A stretch of DNA of 60,349 nt, filler included. It is 5 parts of 5 records of this genome, joined end to end, with 100 filler letters (N's around TTAATTAATTAA, not from the genome) between each part and the next. Parts side by side here need not be neighbours in the genome. Positions count along the whole stretch, not along the records: positions 54,275 to 60,349 come from SRR2962707_3512; 4 more parts are not named here. The stretch is one strand, 5' to 3'. Under the pieces are notes generated by a model that was not told where the DNA came from, did no database searches, and saw nothing but the letters and a program-made list of their open reading frames with translations. This document shows, one piece after another, positions 60,025 to 60,349 of this stretch; positions within the stretch are counted from its first letter, which is position 1, and each line of letters opens with the position of its first letter. Position numbers and translations under genes: made by a program.

Positions 60025-60348
60025 TTATTGCGGGGTAAACTCACTCGCTTTAACTGGACTATTTTCAGTAAAGAAACGTTTCAGCGCTTGCGAATCTGTT
60101 TCATCAGTACTGACAAAACCTTTACGTTTCAGCAAAATAGGGTAACCATCGCCGCCAGACGCATTGTAGCTATTAATACTCATACGATAGGTTTTGCTTT
60201 TATCGAGGGGTTGTTTGTTGATCATCACTTTAGTCAACGTGTTATTACTGCGCTCAAAGCTTAAGTGATGGTATTGCAAGTATGCACCTGAGTCAGGTGG
60301 AAAGCTGGTGACCGTTTCTAGGTAATCCCAAAGCTCTTGGCCTTGCCA
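60025..60348 (-). CDS. 5'-nucleotidase / UDP-sugar hydrolase (UshA-like), C-terminal part
   Basis: GQELWDYL, DSGAYLQ, PLDKSKTYRMSINSYNASGGDGYP; the frame is open to the window edge. Confidence 0.85.
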   Translation of the reverse strand, partial: WQGQELWDYLETVTSFPPDSGAYLQYHHLSFERSNNTLTKVMINKQPLDKSKTYRMSINSYNASGGDGYPILLKRKGFVSTDETDSQALKRFFTENSPVKASEFTPQ

Positions 60349-60349
60349 A

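Overview
This window is not one replicon. It is five contigs joined by four artificial 100-nt spacers (N44-TTAATTAATTAA-N44 at 15533-15632, 24941-25040, 44665-44764 and 54175-54274). Taxonomic calls are inferred from gene content and promoter style. Contigs 1 and 2 (1-15532, 15633-24940) are AT-rich and Flavobacteriaceae-like. They carry housekeeping genes (rocD, cysteine desulfurase, ctaA, cca, tsaC, glycosyltransferases, dapD, comEC, lpxB, surE, prc, short kdpD/kdpE), share a dispersed palindromic repeat and hold several decayed genes. Contig 3 (25041-44664) is a marine gammaproteobacterium (Marinomonas-like). It has a RAYT-like HUH transposase bounded by 16-bp inverted motifs and a repeat cluster, plus pepD, gor, xthA, a periplasmic DNA ligase, htpG and a truncated tRNA-Leu. 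It also has a tightly coupled uncharacterised operon: DedA, ATP-grasp, DinB, NRDE/TANGO2, YHS, DoxX, OlsF-like acyltransferase and an alpha/beta hydrolase. Contig 4 (44765-54174) is Cytophagales-like (rluD, SulP with a polyproline leader ORF, GH3-lptB-recJ, stand-alone CHASE2). Contig 5 (54275-60349) is Alteromonadales/Colwelliaceae-like and looks like a nucleic-acid scavenging locus: Oar-like TonB receptor, S1/P1 nuclease, 5'-nucleotidase, and a PhnD-like binding protein coupled to a membrane protein with a putative C-terminal winged-helix. The best candidates for undescribed systems are the 8-gene amino/peptide-lipid-like operon (29175-35953), the DNA-utilisation locus with its unusual sensor pair (54275-60349) and the inverted-repeat-bounded RAYT element (26152-27590). 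All family assignments come from motif recognition by eye; no searches were run.
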